From Pyrobaculum sp. (GTDB taxonomy: Archaea > Thermoproteota > Thermoprotei > Thermoproteales > Thermoproteaceae): a DNA stretch of 19,532 nucleotides. The notes below the pieces were generated by a model. That model saw nothing but the letters and a program-made list of their open reading frames with translations, made no database searches and was not told the DNA's origin. This document shows, one piece after another, positions 16,198-19,532 of the stretch. Both the position numbers and the translations under genes were made by a program. The first letter of the stretch is position 1, and every line of letters begins with the position of its first letter. The stretch is from positions 1 through 19,532 of the forward strand of contig JBKBOT010000031.1 of assembly GCA_046293555.1 (NCBI GenBank), given 5' to 3'.

Positions 16198-17495
16198 GGG
16201 TGGTGGTGGTGGGCGGCGGGGCTGCTGGCGCCACGGCGGCCTCTAGAGCCAGACGGGTAAACCCACGTAATGAGGTAGTTCTGATAGAAGAGGGGCCATA
16301 TGTCACCCACGCGCCTTGCGCCATACCATACCACATAAGTCACTCCGCAAGGCTATATCTCTACACTGCAGAACAGTTCGCCAGAGAGAGGCAGGTAAGA
16401 GTCTATACAAACACGAGGGCTGAGGTGGCTGAGGGAAATAAGCTAAAGCTCAGAGGTCAACACGGCGGGGTGGTGGAGTGGGATGTGCTCATAGTGGCCA
16501 CTGGCGCCAGGGCTGTGACGCCTAGGATCGAGGGCGTGGAGAAAAGGGGCGTGTATGTCATCCGCCACGTGGCTGAGGTACATGCCCTAAAAAGCGGGCT
16601 GGAGAGAGCGCGGGAGGTGGCCATCGTGGGGGGCGGCTACGTGGGGGTAGAGATGGCGGAGGCCCTGTTGAGAATAGGGAAGAAGGTGGCCATGATAGAG
16701 TCGGGCCGCTGGCTGTTAGGCAGGATGCTCGACGGCGACATGGCCGCCGCGGTGAATCAATACGTGAGAGCCATGGGGGCAGAGCTAATACTGGGGGAGG
16801 CCGTGAGGAGGATTTTGGGGGGCGAGGAGGTAACTGGCGTCGAGACTCAAAACGCCGTGGTGAAAGCAGACGCGGTGGTGTTATCCACAGGCGTTAGGCC
16901 AAACGTAGAGCTTGCGGTAGCCCTCGGGGCTAGGCTAGGCGAGACGGGGGCGGTCCACACCGACGAGTATCTCGAGACCGCCGTCCCCGGGGTATATGCG
17001 GCAGGCGACGTGGCTGAGGTGAGACACGCCGTTACCAACAGGCCCGCATGGCTCCCCCTGGCCCCCTATGCCAACAAGATGGGCTACGTGGCGGGCACCA
17101 ACGCGGGGTTTGGGGAAAAAAGGCTGATGTTCCCGCCTGTCGCCGGCGCCTCGGTCACCAAGTTCTTCGAGATGTATGTAGGGAAGGTTGGCCTCAACGA
17201 GAGGGAGGCCGGAGAGGCCGGCCTTAAGACAGAAAGCGCCGTGGTGACCACTAGGGACAAAGCCCACTTCATGCCAGACGCCAGGGAGGTACACCTAAAG
17301 GCTGTGGCCTCCGGCGGGGCTCTAATCGGCGTGCAGGCCGTGGGCTTCAGCCCCTATGTAGCCGCCGTGATAGACTTCGCCGCGCAACATATCGGCAGGC
17401 CCCTCTCCTCCATAATACTGGCGGAGTATTCCTACATGCCCTTCACAGGCCCCGTCTGGCACCCCCTAATCACCGCGGCGAGGATCTTGGATTAA
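16194..17495 (+). CDS. FAD-dependent pyridine nucleotide-disulfide oxidoreductase, CoA-disulfide reductase/NADH oxidase family
   Basis: GGGAAG, single redox Cys in HAPCAIPY, ATG motif, GGGYVGVE, YAAGD, PLAPYANKMG, C-terminal SYMPFTGPVWHPL; ATGA overlap with the 2Fe-2S gene. Confidence 0.88.
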   Translation: MRVVVVGGGAAGATAASRARRVNPRNEVVLIEEGPYVTHAPCAIPYHISHSARLYLYTAEQFARERQVRVYTNTRAEVAEGNKLKLRGQHGGVVEWDVLIVATGARAVTPRIEGVEKRGVYVIRHVAEVHALKSGLERAREVAIVGGGYVGVEMAEALLRIGKKVAMIESGRWLLGRMLDGDMAAAVNQYVRAMGAELILGEAVRRILGGEEVTGVETQNAVVKADAVVLSTGVRPNVELAVALGARLGETGAVHTDEYLETAVPGVYAAGDVAEVRHAVTNRPAWLPLAPYANKMGYVAGTNAGFGEKRLMFPPVAGASVTKFFEMYVGKVGLNEREAGEAGLKTESAVVTTRDKAHFMPDAREVHLKAVASGGALIGVQAVGFSPYVAAVIDFAAQHIGRPLSSIILAEYSYMPFTGPVWHPLITAARILD

Positions 17496-17524
17496 CAAAT
17501 ATATGTAAATATCGACATATATAC

Positions 17525-17857
17525 ATGGAGTACAGACTCGACGTGCTGACGGCGTTGGGGCTCGAGGGGGAGCCTCTCACTGAGGACAGATTTAGGGAGT
17601 TCCAAAAGGTAAAGCTAGTGGAGGAGGAACTTGTGGCGGGGCAATATATCGACTTCGGCACGGTAAAGATCAGACACGAGGGCGGGGGCACCATCTCCTT
17701 TGCGAAGACTTGGCACGTATTTCTAGAGGCCATCTCGCTGAAAGACGGCGAGAGTTTTCTCATATATTGTACATGCCCCATGGTAGATAGGTTTGTGGTC
17801 TTGAAGAGAGTGGGCGAAAAAATCCTTCTCCTCTATAGGCCCCGCCCCCAGTCTTAA
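17525..17857 (+). CDS. Hypothetical protein
   Basis: 110 aa ATG-start ORF that fills the gap, with an AT-rich upstream region and a stop sharing TTAA with the convergent gene; contains CTCP. Confidence 0.65.
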   Translation: MEYRLDVLTALGLEGEPLTEDRFREFQKVKLVEEELVAGQYIDFGTVKIRHEGGGTISFAKTWHVFLEAISLKDGESFLIYCTCPMVDRFVVLKRVGEKILLLYRPRPQS

Positions 17858-19425
17858 TTACCCCTTTTTCTCGGCTCTGTAAGCCACCCCACCAAGTTTT
17901 TAAAAAACTGCCAGTTGTCGCCCATAGTTATGAAATACGGCGTGAAAGATCTTACAGACCCCACAAAGGTGAAGTTGCCGGCTTGTGCCGCCACCGTGTA
18001 GACGCCGTGGCCATATCCAAACATGTAGCCCGCCGCCTCTAGCCTATATGGCGCGTTGGTAGAAACCGCAGAGGGGGAGAAGAAGACTAGTCTAGACACG
18101 TTTCTCAAAAGCCTCCAGCTCCCGTTGGGCGTAATGGTGACAAGCTGCCAGTTTTCTTCAAAGGCCTTGGCGCCACCTGTGTAATTATAGACAGCACGAA
18201 GTCCAGACATGTTGAAATACATAAGCAAGGGGTCGAAAGGCGCGTAGGCGGAATACGGCGCTATGTAGCCCACCCCGCCTATGTAGACAACAGCGCTTGC
18301 CCTCATGTCGTAAAAATAGACAACCCGCACCCCCCTCCTGGTGGCGTTTACCACGGCCTCCACCGCCGTTTTGGAGAAAGGCGTCGTGGGGTTAACTACG
18401 ACGAGGCCTGTGGCGTTTTGTAACGCCCTGGCGAGGCCGTATTCTGTCTCCACGGGGGTTAAGACGTGGCCTCTAGCCGCCAGCTCCGCTCTAAGCACTT
18501 CTATAAAGCTATTGGGCACCATGTTTCCATGGGCCATGTCAAACACCACGTAGGGCTTCCCCGCCGTGTCCACTGGGGGCAGCTGGGGACGCGGCGTGTT
18601 TGACTCTAGCGTCCACTGCACCGCCGTGGGGAGTATGTAGAAGATAGGCGGCGACGGCTGGTTTAACAACCTCCCTAGATCTACCCCACCTGTAGTGGAG
18701 TTTAGATATACCACCTCGTATTGCCTAAGCCCTAGTCTCATGGCCATATCTCTCACGGCGTCGAAGAGGCCCCCTATCTCGTCCACAAGCCCCAGCTGGA
18801 GGGCCTCGCCTGCAGTAAACACGGCGGCTGTCTCTAAAGCCGCCAGGTCTTTTATCTTCTCCCCCCTCCCCTTGAGGACTGCCGCCACGAAGTTTAGCCT
18901 TATTTTCTCCACGTCGTTATAGTAATCTGTCAACTCCTTTCCGTAATACTTAAGCGGGCCTGTTGTGTATATATAATCGGGGACGTCGTAGAAATATGTC
19001 TCTGGCCACAACACCGCAATAACGCCGATGCTGCCCACCCAGCTGGAGGGCGTTGCGTAGATCTTGTCTGTAGCCACGGAGATGTAGTAAGCTCCGGAGG
19101 CCGCCATGCCTGTAACAACGGCGTATTTAGTCTTGTTTATTCCCAACAACGCCGTATATAACGCCTCTGTGTCCGCAACTGTGCCCCCGGGGGAGTTTAC
19201 CAACAGTATGAGGCCGGCCACCTCTTCCCTCTGGGCTATTTCAGTCAGTTTTCTCACAAGTTCCCCCGCGTAGGGGCTTGCGATAACGAAATCCACTGGA
19301 GCCACCACGATTTTTGGCGCCGGCGGGGCTGGCTTTATGTACCATGTGGATAACGTCATGAAGAGCGCCACGAGACTTATGGCTAGCGCCGCCGCCACGC
19401 CTGCCTTAACCCACACGCTGGCCAT
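17854..19425 (-). CDS. S49 (SppA-like) serine peptidase with N-terminal membrane anchor and extra C-terminal domain
   Basis: NSPGG, AASGAYY, GSIGV, GPLK (Ser-Lys dyad), GLVDEIG. Start placed at ATG 19425 because ATATAAAA begins 26 bp upstream; 19443 is an alternative. Confidence 0.82.
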   Translation of the reverse strand: MASVWVKAGVAAALAISLVALFMTLSTWYIKPAPPAPKIVVAPVDFVIASPYAGELVRKLTEIAQREEVAGLILLVNSPGGTVADTEALYTALLGINKTKYAVVTGMAASGAYYISVATDKIYATPSSWVGSIGVIAVLWPETYFYDVPDYIYTTGPLKYYGKELTDYYNDVEKIRLNFVAAVLKGRGEKIKDLAALETAAVFTAGEALQLGLVDEIGGLFDAVRDMAMRLGLRQYEVVYLNSTTGGVDLGRLLNQPSPPIFYILPTAVQWTLESNTPRPQLPPVDTAGKPYVVFDMAHGNMVPNSFIEVLRAELAARGHVLTPVETEYGLARALQNATGLVVVNPTTPFSKTAVEAVVNATRRGVRVVYFYDMRASAVVYIGGVGYIAPYSAYAPFDPLLMYFNMSGLRAVYNYTGGAKAFEENWQLVTITPNGSWRLLRNVSRLVFFSPSAVSTNAPYRLEAAGYMFGYGHGVYTVAAQAGNFTFVGSVRSFTPYFITMGDNWQFFKNLVGWLTEPRKRGN

Positions 19426-19502
19426 AGGTATGATGTCTCCCATTTTTATATCTCTCCACAAGTAGAATCTTTTTCTTTCTAGAAGTATTAACAATGTTAA
19501 TA

Positions 19503-19532
19503 CTTAAAAATACACAACGTAAATACCCCATG
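19503..19532 (+). promoter_or_regulatory. TATA-like box and probable start of a gene leaving the window
   Basis: CTTAAAAA at 19503 begins 27 bp before the ATG at 19530-19532. Confidence 0.5.

Noticed and set aside
19426-19494. Extended N-terminus of the S49 peptidase from 19494
   Set aside because: It covers AT-rich promoter-like sequence; TATA spacing favours ATG 19425.

Overview
Archaeal chromosomal DNA, most consistent with Pyrobaculum/Thermoproteales: tightly packed genes, ATGA overlaps, and TATA boxes about 27-28 bp before start codons (leaderless mRNAs). The core (6.1-17.5 kb) is the signature cluster of the dicarboxylate/4-hydroxybutyrate (DC/HB) CO2-fixation cycle: archaeal PEP carboxylase, a Zn-ADH (likely succinic semialdehyde reductase), an AMP-forming ligase with an enlarged acyl pocket (likely 4-hydroxybutyrate-CoA ligase), an ALDH lacking the hydrolytic Glu (likely succinyl-CoA reductase), 4-hydroxybutyryl-CoA dehydratase and a fumarate reductase flavoprotein. 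The most unusual parts are: (1) an anchorless fumarate reductase operon, FrdA plus a 2Fe-2S-only mini-FrdB plus a translationally coupled CoA-disulfide-reductase-like flavoprotein; (2) four stand-alone CBS-pair proteins beside key cycle enzymes, two of which share a 64-bp near-identical, gene-conversion-like tract; (3) a shared AT-rich palindromic motif and symmetric geometry in the cycle promoters; (4) an adjacent CydA/CydA' cytochrome bd-type oxidase and a polyferredoxin. The flanks carry a TusA-like protein, small hypothetical proteins and an S49 peptidase. No RNA genes, CRISPR arrays or mobile elements were seen. All calls come from manual motif reading; no database search was run.
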